Source of the DNA: Elusimicrobiota bacterium
GTDB taxonomy: Bacteria; Elusimicrobiota; Elusimicrobia; F11
Length of the DNA: 64,000 nucleotides
Reading direction: 5' to 3'
Assembly: GCA_044221725.1 (NCBI GenBank)
Contig: JBGAON010000001.1
Location: 320,001 to 384,000 of the forward strand
Shown here: positions 55,467 to 64,000 of the stretch, in pieces
Position numbering within the stretch: the stretch's first letter is position 1
Layout: each line of letters begins with the position of its first letter
Notes under the pieces: model-generated
What the model was told of the DNA's origin: nothing
Databases searched by the model: none
What the model saw: the letters and a program-made list of their open reading frames with translations, nothing else
Position numbers and translations under genes: made by a program

Positions 55467-57431
55467 ATGAAAAAAATCTTGGTTCTCTTGATGACGGTGG
55501 CGGGTCTCACTCCGATCTTCGCCGACGATTCCTATGTGGAGCCGGGATCGCTCCGCCTCTCTCACGAAATTGTAATTGAAAATGTGATGCACCGTTTGGA
55601 TTCCGGTTGGCGCGCAACGAATAACAATCTCGATAAGACCTACACGAAAGACGGTTCCGGTAATCCACCGTGGAAATCCGAATGGGGGGAATCTCTTTTA
55701 ACCGAAGCGGCGACGCGCATCACGCCGGATATATTTGGTCGCGTGCTTTTCGAAATGCAAGGCGATTACGCGGATCGGTTCTGGCGGCCGAACAACATCG
55801 AGCATGACATTGATAATAAGGACCGGTATGTTTTTCTAAGGCAAGCGGAGGCGCGTGTCGATAAAGATGAGTGGTTCGTGCATGGCTTCCAAGGGGTCGG
55901 TCACAACGACTGGTACGACAAAGGGGATTTCTTCCATTTGTATCCGGCGTCATACCCCGACGACGATTATCTTGGCCGCTCCGGTGCATTTGGAATTTAT
56001 CCCGATCCGTTTAAACAAGATAACTTTCTCAATATTTCGAAACGACATGCGCCGCGCGGCGTCGAGGGCGGGGTAAACGCCTTCGGAATGGACTTCGGCG
56101 CTGCGCTCGGTAACGAGCTCAACTTCGGTTACAACGAAGCCGCGTATGGTCGCGTGTCTGCGCCGATCGGATCAACCCGACTCACGTTCGTTTACAAAAA
56201 CGAGGATGTGCCTTACATGAAAGCGGTGGATCCTGATAATAATGAGCGCGACCGCGCGTACGCGTTGTCCTGGCGGGCTCCGTTTGAAGCCGGACATGTG
56301 TTCGAAGCCGGTGTAAAATACCGGCCGTTTCGCGTGGGCCAGAATTATTTAATGGCGAACGACGTTTCCGCAGGTTCAGGGCTGCAAGGCTCCTCGACGG
56401 AAATCACCGAGGGAAAGACCGGGACGAAGGACGCGTTTGCGGAACGCATTCGATACGAGCATCACGCGTCTCTCAAAGACCGGGTTGTTGTGTTGTCGGC
56501 GGATGTCACGCATGCGGGCCTTGTCGCTGGGAACAAAAATGAAATTGATTTGAGTGCGGCCACCGACATAGTTCCCGTGTTTCGCGGCATTCTTGATTAC
56601 ACGTATCGCAAGCCGCTGGAAGGACCAATTCCGCTGTTGTATGAGGGAACACCCGCAAATATGGGTGCCATTGCGGCGAATCCACGCAGCCCAGAAAGCC
56701 CGTTTACCGTCGATTGGGATAATCGCGAAGCTGTTTTTCTTACAGCGACATTCATTTTCGATCCTACTCCCGGAACGAGCATGCTCAAGTACAATCCGAG
56801 CAGTTTGCAAATGTGGAACGTAAATTCAGAAGAAAATGCACCGTTTAATGTCGCGTTCCAATACAAGATGAGCGATTATCGCACCGCCACCGACCGGCTT
56901 ACGTACATCGATGCGGAAGGAAATTACGTTTTCGAACCGGCCGGCCACGAGGGCGCCTGGGCAACCGACCATCCGATTAGCGCGTACAGTCTAATGTTGC
57001 TTGGCCATCCTCATCGCTGGAGCTGGATGCTCGGTATTTCGGGCGGACAAATGCTCGCGTATCAGAGCTTGGCGTATACCACCGACACCAGTGTCAATAA
57101 ACCCATCACCGATTTTTATTCGATCGAAGCAAAACTTGAACGTTGGCCGTATACATTGTGGGCGCATTACGGTTATGGTGTTTGGGGACCGGAAAATTAT
57201 CAGGCGCAATTTGGTGAGGCGTTTGATCGATTGTGGGGTCTGGGTCTAAGTTATAAGATCACCGTCAATACAACCGTCGATGTAAGTTATTTGGCGGCGC
57301 GCCAAGACGACAACTTGTTTGTCGCCCCCGACCTTGGCTCGTACGACGAAATTCGCACGTTATTTTCTCATCGCTTTGGTTTTCAATTTCAATTTGTTGA
57401 AGCTGCGCGCAGCGGTTACCAAGCGCGATAG
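55467..57431 (+). CDS. Exported beta-rich protein, probable outer-membrane barrel
   Basis: Signal peptide, alternating amphipathic beta-strands, aromatic-rich. Confidence 0.6.
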   Translation: MKKILVLLMTVAGLTPIFADDSYVEPGSLRLSHEIVIENVMHRLDSGWRATNNNLDKTYTKDGSGNPPWKSEWGESLLTEAATRITPDIFGRVLFEMQGDYADRFWRPNNIEHDIDNKDRYVFLRQAEARVDKDEWFVHGFQGVGHNDWYDKGDFFHLYPASYPDDDYLGRSGAFGIYPDPFKQDNFLNISKRHAPRGVEGGVNAFGMDFGAALGNELNFGYNEAAYGRVSAPIGSTRLTFVYKNEDVPYMKAVDPDNNERDRAYALSWRAPFEAGHVFEAGVKYRPFRVGQNYLMANDVSAGSGLQGSSTEITEGKTGTKDAFAERIRYEHHASLKDRVVVLSADVTHAGLVAGNKNEIDLSAATDIVPVFRGILDYTYRKPLEGPIPLLYEGTPANMGAIAANPRSPESPFTVDWDNREAVFLTATFIFDPTPGTSMLKYNPSSLQMWNVNSEENAPFNVAFQYKMSDYRTATDRLTYIDAEGNYVFEPAGHEGAWATDHPISAYSLMLLGHPHRWSWMLGISGGQMLAYQSLAYTTDTSVNKPITDFYSIEAKLERWPYTLWAHYGYGVWGPENYQAQFGEAFDRLWGLGLSYKITVNTTVDVSYLAARQDDNLFVAPDLGSYDEIRTLFSHRFGFQFQFVEAARSGYQAR

Positions 57432-57470
57432 CGGATTGGATGAATAGTCTTAACACGGAGGAGTGTTCAC

Positions 57471-58175
57471 ATGAATAAGAATAAGACAGTGTTGTCGTTG
57501 CTCTTGGGAGCCGCATTGGTTGGTGCCGGTGTGCTTTCGGCAGCGACACCGGATAAGAAAAAAGCAGGCAAGACCGCAGGAGCGGCCGCTTCAGACGATG
57601 TGTTTTATATCTATACCGAGCGTGGATCCCGATTGAACCATTACGTTCCGTCCGGTTGGATGGGCGATTACGGCGACATCAAAATGAACCAAGGTTGGGT
57701 CAAAAATGCGCCAGCCAAAGATGCAAAAAAAGATTCAAAAGCTCCGTCCAAGGCGGAAGAGCCGAAACCAGGCGAAGACACCGTCATTCAGGTCAAATAT
57801 TCGGCTGAGCGGAAGCAAGGCGCGGGATGGGCTGGAATTTATTGGCAGCATCCGGCCAACAACTGGGGCGACAAGCGCGGTGGCTTTGATTTGTCGTCCT
57901 ATTCAAAACTGACGTTCATGGCGAAAGGTGAGCAGGGCGGCGAAGTCATCGATAAATTCTTCATTGGCGGCATTACCGGCCAAACGGAAGAAGGCGATTC
58001 CGATGAGGCTTCCTTGAGCCCGGTGACGCTCACAAAAGATTGGAAAAAATACGAAGTGTCGCTCAAAGGGCTTGATATGAGCCACATCATCGGTGGCTTT
58101 GGTTTCGCGGCGAACGCGGACGCCAACCCGAACGGCTTCACGATGTATCTCGACGACATCCGGTTGGAAAAATAA
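57471..58175 (+). CDS. Secreted carbohydrate-binding (galactose-binding-like / CBM11-like) protein
   Basis: PSGWMGD, WAGIYWQ.P.NNWG, G.DLS...LTF..KG, YLDDI. Confidence 0.68.
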   Translation: MNKNKTVLSLLLGAALVGAGVLSAATPDKKKAGKTAGAAASDDVFYIYTERGSRLNHYVPSGWMGDYGDIKMNQGWVKNAPAKDAKKDSKAPSKAEEPKPGEDTVIQVKYSAERKQGAGWAGIYWQHPANNWGDKRGGFDLSSYSKLTFMAKGEQGGEVIDKFFIGGITGQTEEGDSDEASLSPVTLTKDWKKYEVSLKGLDMSHIIGGFGFAANADANPNGFTMYLDDIRLEK

Positions 58176-58188
58176 ATCTTCGCTTTGC

Positions 58189-58226
58189 CCCGTTCCGTCG
58201 TTCGCCTTGGCGAGCGGCGGAACGGG
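58189..58226. other. Strong intercistronic hairpin without a U-tract
   Basis: CCCGTTCCGTCGTTCGCC/GGCGAGCGGCGGAACGGG. Confidence 0.6.
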
Positions 58227-58238
58227 ACGGAGATTTGA

Positions 58239-59390
58239 GTGAATTGGCGAAGTCACTTAGCATCCCCTCTTTTTTGCGGTTTTCTTTTGATAACCGCGCT
58301 CTCCACTAACAACTCTCAGGAACGATTGGGCGAAGCGCCCAAATCAGACGGCACCCCAAAAACCGTCGACTACAATATCACGCGTGGTGAAGCGATTCCG
58401 GTCCCCGCAAAAAAGACCCGATTGCCGCTGGTGGTTTATGGCGACAGCAAAGGCGCCGTCGGCAGTTTCGCCCCAAGCGGATACATGGGCGATGTTGAAT
58501 CGTTAAGAATCAAAGGCGCGGACTTTTCGGCACCGCTGACATCGTTGGGAGACGGAAGTTCGTGTTTGCGAGTTGAAGTGGTTCCTCGGGGTCGGCAAGG
58601 TTGGGCCGGACTCTATTGGCAAACGCCGGCCAACAATTGGGGAAAAATAAAAGGCGCGGGTTACGATCTTACGAAGGCGCAGCGGCTAACATTCTGGGCG
58701 CGCGGCGAAAAAGGCGGTGAGTTGATTGCGCAATTTTCGGTGGGAGGGCTTGTTGGTCCCTACCCCGATACCGATTCCGCGAAGCTTGGCCCCATTCGTC
58801 TCAACAAAGAGTGGACGCAGTATGTGATCGATCTCACAGCAAAAGATTTGCGCCACATTGTCGGAGGGTTTGAATTTATCGTGCGGCGAACAGACAATCC
58901 ACGCGGCGCGGTTTTCTACTTGGATGAAATTATTTTTCAAGGAGATGTGACCGTCAGCGAAGCACCGCCGCAGCCGCTCCCACCGCACCACGATTTAACG
59001 ACGCAGCAGTTTCCCGAACCGTTGCCAACGATGCCGAAGCTAACAAAATCCGTTTTGGTGGTTGTTCCTTTTGACTCAGCAAAAACGGCGTTCGGCAAGG
59101 AAGGAACGGATTTGCTGAATGAAATTGCTGCCGTTTCGCACAAATACGCGGACGCTGCCATTCTTATTGAGGGTCACACCGATAGCACGGGACCCGAAGC
59201 GGTCAATCAAAAACTATCCGAGATGCGTGCGAAAGCGGTGGCTGACTATTTGGTGACGAAAAACGTACCGCGCGAACGTATGACGATAAAAGGGCACGGA
59301 TCGGAACGGCCGGTACGCGAAGGAGCCAATTTGACGCCGGAAGGCCGAATGAAAAACCGTCGCGTGGAAGTAACGCTGGTGGCCCAGTGA
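58239..59390 (+). CDS. CBM-like domain + OmpA peptidoglycan-binding domain
   Basis: PSGYMGD..WAGLYWQ.PANNWG (paralog of the upstream gene); IEGHTDS.G, N.KLS..RA, NRRVE. Confidence 0.82.
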   Translation: MNWRSHLASPLFCGFLLITALSTNNSQERLGEAPKSDGTPKTVDYNITRGEAIPVPAKKTRLPLVVYGDSKGAVGSFAPSGYMGDVESLRIKGADFSAPLTSLGDGSSCLRVEVVPRGRQGWAGLYWQTPANNWGKIKGAGYDLTKAQRLTFWARGEKGGELIAQFSVGGLVGPYPDTDSAKLGPIRLNKEWTQYVIDLTAKDLRHIVGGFEFIVRRTDNPRGAVFYLDEIIFQGDVTVSEAPPQPLPPHHDLTTQQFPEPLPTMPKLTKSVLVVVPFDSAKTAFGKEGTDLLNEIAAVSHKYADAAILIEGHTDSTGPEAVNQKLSEMRAKAVADYLVTKNVPRERMTIKGHGSERPVREGANLTPEGRMKNRRVEVTLVAQ

Positions 59391-60055
59391 AAAACCGAAA
59401 CTTTTTCTTTTTGCTCGGAACGCTCGCTCTCGTGCCGGCCTGCGAGAAAAATCCTGTCGACAAACTGACGAATCCGTTGCCGAACGGTAGCGTTCCCCGA
59501 TCCAGCGGTATTTATCCGATTTATCATGACGAGCTGGAAACGGGGGGTGGGCTTGGATTCATTCCTGGTGGCGAAAACCAGGTGATCGATTTGTTTGATA
59601 ATTCGAGCCCCCGTCAGACCGCGCGTCAAATCCGCTACACATGGAATGGCGGCGATGTATCGGATGCGGAACACAGCACCACCGCGCACACGTTTGCCGG
59701 TTTTTCGTTGTTGGTGACGCCAAACTTCTCCACCCTTTCGGCGGCGCCGGCAAAAGATCTTTCCACGGCCGGATACACAAAACTTACGCTTCTTCTCCGC
59801 GGTTCGTTGTCCACCGGCACCAAGCTGCGCGTTGAGGGGCCCAGCGACGGAACGGCAACCCCTGCTCGACAAGAGTTGGATGCCGCGCAAATATCTCAAG
59901 CCTGGCAACTCGTGACGGTGGCCGTTCCGCCGTCTGATTTCTCCAATATCAAAACCTTCGCGACCATTTCGATTCAATACACGCAGCCGCCTCGCACGAC
60001 CAATCCAGGAGAAGGCGGAACAATTTACGTGACGCAGATTCAATATGAACGCTAG
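59387..60055 (+). CDS. Lipoprotein with a CBM-like domain
   Basis: Lipobox VPAC, DLS..Y..L, WQ.V.V, IYV..I. Confidence 0.62.
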   Translation: MKNRNFFFLLGTLALVPACEKNPVDKLTNPLPNGSVPRSSGIYPIYHDELETGGGLGFIPGGENQVIDLFDNSSPRQTARQIRYTWNGGDVSDAEHSTTAHTFAGFSLLVTPNFSTLSAAPAKDLSTAGYTKLTLLLRGSLSTGTKLRVEGPSDGTATPARQELDAAQISQAWQLVTVAVPPSDFSNIKTFATISIQYTQPPRTTNPGEGGTIYVTQIQYER

Positions 60056-60629
60056 GGCCGCGCTGTCTTTTCTATTGGTGACCCAAATGGCGGTAGCGTC
60101 GTGGGCGGCGGATTCTTCAGCGAGCGCGGCGGCATCTTCCGAAAGAGGAAACTACATTGGCGAAGCGGCCGAGGCGACCGTGGGGCGCGTGTTTGGTGTT
60201 GAGGGAGACGCCGCCGAAATAAATTATCACGTGTTTGAACTCACCTCTCATTCTCCGGCGAACGCGGCCATTCGCTCCGGCATCATCCCGGGTTGGGGAC
60301 AGTATTTCAATAACGAGCGCGTGAAGGGTTCGGTTTTGTTCTTGGCCACATTGGGCGCGGTCGTCGCGAGCGTGCATCTTCACAATTCTGCCGAGAAATC
60401 TTACGACGATTACCAGGCGCTCGGACAGAAAGACAGTTCGTTGTACGATGATTACGAACGGGCGTACACCGGTTCCATCGTTCTTGGAAGCGCCGCTGCC
60501 GTTTTGTGGTTGGTTGGAATTTGGGACGCGCACCACAATGCGTATCATCCGCTCTATTCGAAAAATGTCACGGTGGATGTGGCGTACGCGGACAACACCT
60601 CTCAAATTCGCGTAAAGAAAAGTTTCTAG
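60045..60629 (+). CDS. DUF5683-like exported/membrane protein
   Basis: A.RS.I.PGWGQ.FN and W..GIWDA. Confidence 0.65.
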   Translation: MNARAALSFLLVTQMAVASWAADSSASAAASSERGNYIGEAAEATVGRVFGVEGDAAEINYHVFELTSHSPANAAIRSGIIPGWGQYFNNERVKGSVLFLATLGAVVASVHLHNSAEKSYDDYQALGQKDSSLYDDYERAYTGSIVLGSAAAVLWLVGIWDAHHNAYHPLYSKNVTVDVAYADNTSQIRVKKSF

Positions 60630-60683
60630 AAAAATTTCTTGTGCGAGCGCACCTTGATTTAATATTTTGTGCGTGGAGAACCT

Positions 60684-61583
60684 ATGTTTTTACCCACTTT
60701 ATTCAACCGTTTGAATAAAATCTGGCCCTGCGCATTCGTGGCGGGCATGATCGCAACAACTCTTATGCTGCCTGGCTGCAAAAAGAAAGAACGGCTCACC
60801 GCTTCGACGTTTTCATTTTCGATTACGCCTCCCGCCTCCACTGTTTTGAAGACCGAATCGATCACGCTCATGGCAAAAGGTTCGTCGGCGAGCGGATCGG
60901 TGGACGTGAACCCCACGTGGAGCGTGTCGCCCACAACGCTGGGTTCTTTGAACACCACAATCGGACGCAGCGTCGTTTTTCAACCGACCGGTCTGGGAGA
61001 CGTGGTGGTCACCGGCGTGTATGACGGCATTGCGGCGACATCACAAATTGCGATTGTGACCTACAAGCCCACCGCAAACACATTTGATATTTATAACGAC
61101 AACGGACTTCCCGCCGGCAGCGACGTGGACAGCGATATTTTTACGTCGGGCGGGCTTTCTCTCACCGAGCTTTCGAGCGGGTACACACCGGAAGGTTCAA
61201 AGTACGAACACACCACCAATGCGATCACGAACAATTTTTGGGGCGTGACCGTTGATAAACTGAATACGGGGAAGCGAAAAGATCTTTCGGGATTTTCATC
61301 CGGCGCTCTGAAATTCTCGTTGCGCCTTGCGCGGTCGCTTTCCGTGACAGAAAGCATTCGAATCGATATTGTAGATTCGGCGCAAACGGTTTCGTACACG
61401 TTGAGCAGCGGTTCCGATAATTACAATCGACTGAGCACCGATTGGCAAGAAATTTCGTTGTCGTTGCCAGCACGATTTGCAACATTGGATAGCGCTCATG
61501 TAAAAGTACCGTTTGTAATTGTTCCGACGGCGCTGGGTGCGCCGTTGACCTTTGACGTTGATGCCGTTCGTTGGGAGCGGTAG
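60684..61583 (+). CDS. Lipoprotein with Ig-like and CBM-like domains
   Basis: Lipobox LPGC, PTWSV..G Ig-like region, DLSGF..G.L.F, WQEI.L, VD.VRW. Confidence 0.62.
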   Translation: MFLPTLFNRLNKIWPCAFVAGMIATTLMLPGCKKKERLTASTFSFSITPPASTVLKTESITLMAKGSSASGSVDVNPTWSVSPTTLGSLNTTIGRSVVFQPTGLGDVVVTGVYDGIAATSQIAIVTYKPTANTFDIYNDNGLPAGSDVDSDIFTSGGLSLTELSSGYTPEGSKYEHTTNAITNNFWGVTVDKLNTGKRKDLSGFSSGALKFSLRLARSLSVTESIRIDIVDSAQTVSYTLSSGSDNYNRLSTDWQEISLSLPARFATLDSAHVKVPFVIVPTALGAPLTFDVDAVRWER

Positions 61584-61624
61584 CCGGCGAAGAAAATTTT
61601 TTGATCGAATTAAAGCGCTTGAAT

Positions 61625-62902
61625 ATGAATGGACATCGGAGAACAACAGTTGATTTAAATTTTTGGGTGATGCCGAATGCGGGTATCGCCACGCGGCATA
61701 TTTTAAAAAGCTTTATCGATGAGTTTGAGCAGCTTCATCCGGAAGTTCGCGTCAATCTCGTAATCCACCCATGGTCGCTGGCGTGGAATCGGGTCATGGA
61801 TGTGGTGAAAGGACGCAACACGCGCAGTGTTCCCGACGTCATGCAAATTGGAACTACCTGGGTTACCACTCTTGGTTATCTGGGAGCGCTCGAAGAAGTC
61901 CCCGACGTTCCGTTCGGGCCACGGGATCAACGCATTGCCACATCCATCGGAGATTCAAGTGCGTTTTGTATTCCGTGGTTTATCGACATTCGGGTGCTGT
62001 ATTACCGAAAAGATATTTTTCAGGCGTTTCGAATTGACCCGGCACTTCTAAACGATTGGAAGGGGTTTGCGCGGGCGTGCGCGGAACTCAAAAAAAACCT
62101 TTCAAGCAAGTCCGGCAAATTCTCTCGGATCATTGCGCCCTTGGGGATTCCGGGGCAAAAGCCCGGCGTTTTGATGCACGACTTGGCCCCGTGGGTGTGG
62201 GAAGCGGGTGGCGACTTTTGCGCCGATGATTTGCGCGACACGAATTTAAATCAGGCGACGCTCATCGACGGATGCAAATTTTATTTTGACCTCATCGATC
62301 AAGGTTTTATGCCGGTGCCAAACAGCGCCTTGCCGGCCGGAAATTTTTTCACGGGACATTACGCCATGCAGTTTTCGGGCAGCTGGCCGATCGATTCTTA
62401 TTTGAATCCGACGTGGACCTACGCTGATCCCGACGTTGCAGCAAACGCCGGAGTGATGCCACTTCCCGAAGGACCTCAGGGGCGATACACGTTTTTGGGC
62501 GGCAGCAATTTGGCGGTACCGTCCTCGGCTCGGCATCGTGAAATCGCCTGGGAATTTGTGAATTTTCTTGTCGACCCTGTCCGGATCGTCAAGCATGCTC
62601 GGGGCATTGGTGCGTTACCCGCACGGCTGTCCGGTATGGAAAACTTGTTTGAACGGTTCCCGGCGGCCAAAGAAGTGTTTTTTAGTTCGTTCGGTTACGC
62701 GCGGCGTTTGCCCCGACTTGTGGAGCTCGGATCCATCGAGCAGATTATCTACAAGATGGGCGGTCGTTTGCTGTCCGCCGTTCGCGAAGGCTCTTACAAC
62801 CAGAAGCGACTCCAGCAAGAAATAAACACCGCGAACAATGAAATTCGCTCGTTGCTGTCGATACACCGGTATGGTACGCGAATTTCGCAGGTAACCGCAT
62901 GA
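61625..62902 (+). CDS. Sugar-binding (SBP_bac_1-like) protein lacking a signal peptide
   Basis: F...HP, PDV.QIGTTW, PW..D.R.LYYR.D, F.GGSNL, AW.F..FL; hydrophilic N-terminus. Confidence 0.8.
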   Translation: MNGHRRTTVDLNFWVMPNAGIATRHILKSFIDEFEQLHPEVRVNLVIHPWSLAWNRVMDVVKGRNTRSVPDVMQIGTTWVTTLGYLGALEEVPDVPFGPRDQRIATSIGDSSAFCIPWFIDIRVLYYRKDIFQAFRIDPALLNDWKGFARACAELKKNLSSKSGKFSRIIAPLGIPGQKPGVLMHDLAPWVWEAGGDFCADDLRDTNLNQATLIDGCKFYFDLIDQGFMPVPNSALPAGNFFTGHYAMQFSGSWPIDSYLNPTWTYADPDVAANAGVMPLPEGPQGRYTFLGGSNLAVPSSARHREIAWEFVNFLVDPVRIVKHARGIGALPARLSGMENLFERFPAAKEVFFSSFGYARRLPRLVELGSIEQIIYKMGGRLLSAVREGSYNQKRLQQEINTANNEIRSLLSIHRYGTRISQVTA

Positions 62903-64000
62903 GCCAATTTCGTGCCCTCTTGGTATACGAAGAATTGTTGCGCTGTTTTCAGAACCACATGACGGCCTCGCACTTGGGAATGGAACAGGCCTTTGAGTCG
63001 GGTTTTGGCTATTTGGCTTCGCGTCTGCGCCTCGAGCATGTGAGTTTGTTTTGGTGGGACCCTCATCGGCACGCGTTTACCATGCAATATATTTTGCAAG
63101 ACGGCGCGCTCATGGAAGGCGAGGATGAGATCGTCGTTGATGAGACAAGCGCGCTGCGTCCGTTGATTCAAGAGCGACGTCCGGTCGTTGTTTCCGAAAA
63201 GAAACCGTGGGCTGCGTTTCTACCGCTACAAATTGGAACGGAATTGTTGGGGGCGGTTCGACTGCAGCGGGCGCATCCGTTACCGAAAGGAAAAGTTTTG
63301 CTTCCGCTTTCACCGCTTATTACTCCGCTCGGTTCCCGAGCGAACGGGAATGGCAAACACTCGACAAAAGATCGGCTCATGCCGTTTCTCGAAGACCTTG
63401 GCGACATATTCTCGATCCGATTTCATCAGTTGATTCGTGATGAAAAACACAAAAAGAAGGCCCAGGTTCTTCAAGCCAGCTCCGAAGTTGCGACCGCTGT
63501 TTTTGAGCGGCCGCGCTTGCGCGATATGTTGGAAGCGGTTTCCCGCAGCATTGTGCGAAATCTCGGGTTTGATCGCGTGCGCGTGTTTCTTGTGGACGTT
63601 GAGCAAACAAAACTCGAAGGAATTCTCGGACTGCAAATTCCCGACATGCTATTGGACATGACGGGCGAAAGTTATCCGCTGAGACCCAACACGAATTCGT
63701 TGGTTGACATGGTTCTCTCAGCAAAAGGGGCGTCGCACGTTCATCTCGTGGGGGGCCGTGTGGTTTACGTGCCGCTGATTGTGAATAGCCAAGTGATTGG
63801 TTGTTTGGCGGCCGATAACTTGCTCAGTCAGCAATTGATAGACGAGGAGCAAATGGAAGCGCTTCGCACACTTACCGGCCAGATAGGCATGGCCGTGTTG
63901 AACGCGCGACTCTTCGAAGACATTGAACAGCAAGCGATCACGGACGGATTAACAAAGCTTTATGTGCACCGGTACTTCCAGCAGCGTCTCAAGGAAGAGA
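62899..64000 (+). CDS. GAF-GAF-GGDEF diguanylate cyclase-like protein, truncated by the window end; absent from the ORF track
   Basis: ATGA overlap with the upstream stop; frame reads MSQFRALL...VPL...IG.L.AD...NARLFEDIEQQAITDGLTKLYVHRYFQQRL (GGDEF-domain entry motif). Confidence 0.82.
   Translation, partial: MSQFRALLVYEELLRCFQNHMTASHLGMEQAFESGFGYLASRLRLEHVSLFWWDPHRHAFTMQYILQDGALMEGEDEIVVDETSALRPLIQERRPVVVSEKKPWAAFLPLQIGTELLGAVRLQRAHPLPKGKVLLPLSPLITPLGSRANGNGKHSTKDRLMPFLEDLGDIFSIRFHQLIRDEKHKKKAQVLQASSEVATAVFERPRLRDMLEAVSRSIVRNLGFDRVRVFLVDVEQTKLEGILGLQIPDMLLDMTGESYPLRPNTNSLVDMVLSAKGASHVHLVGGRVVYVPLIVNSQVIGCLAADNLLSQQLIDEEQMEALRTLTGQIGMAVLNARLFEDIEQQAITDGLTKLYVHRYFQQRLKEE

Overview
Bacterial chromosomal window, mostly + strand and mostly housekeeping. 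Gene content and order suggest a diderm such as Elusimicrobiota, but that is inference only. RNA genes are 7 tRNAs and tmRNA, none with an encoded CCA. Housekeeping genes include cls, tadA, bcp, rph-rdgB, smpB, korAB-mdh, rpsF-ssb-rpsR-rplI, and dnaB-alr-mlaEFD-DUF151-PIN/TRAM-ispDF-cysS-rlmB. There are also two tandem amt-PII operons, a small surface-glycan modification cluster, and a sugar ABC / carbohydrate-binding lipoprotein / outer-membrane protein cluster that ends in a signal-less solute-binding protein coupled to a GAF-GGDEF gene (cut by the window end). Highlights: (1) homologous ANTAR-type hexaloop hairpin plus terminator leaders before both amt-PII operons, with weaker copies before an ion transporter and korAB; (2) a ~1920-aa modular membrane protein with a ChaN/TIKI-like N-domain, an HExxH motif and an embedded D-2-hydroxyacid dehydrogenase domain; (3) a short, divergent sigma54-like protein with an altered RpoN box; (4) four Pho-box-like repeats at exact 11-bp spacing; (5) GTAG- and CGTC-type REP-like palindromes. 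No CRISPR array, integrase or transposase was seen. All family calls come from motif recognition by eye, not from database searches.
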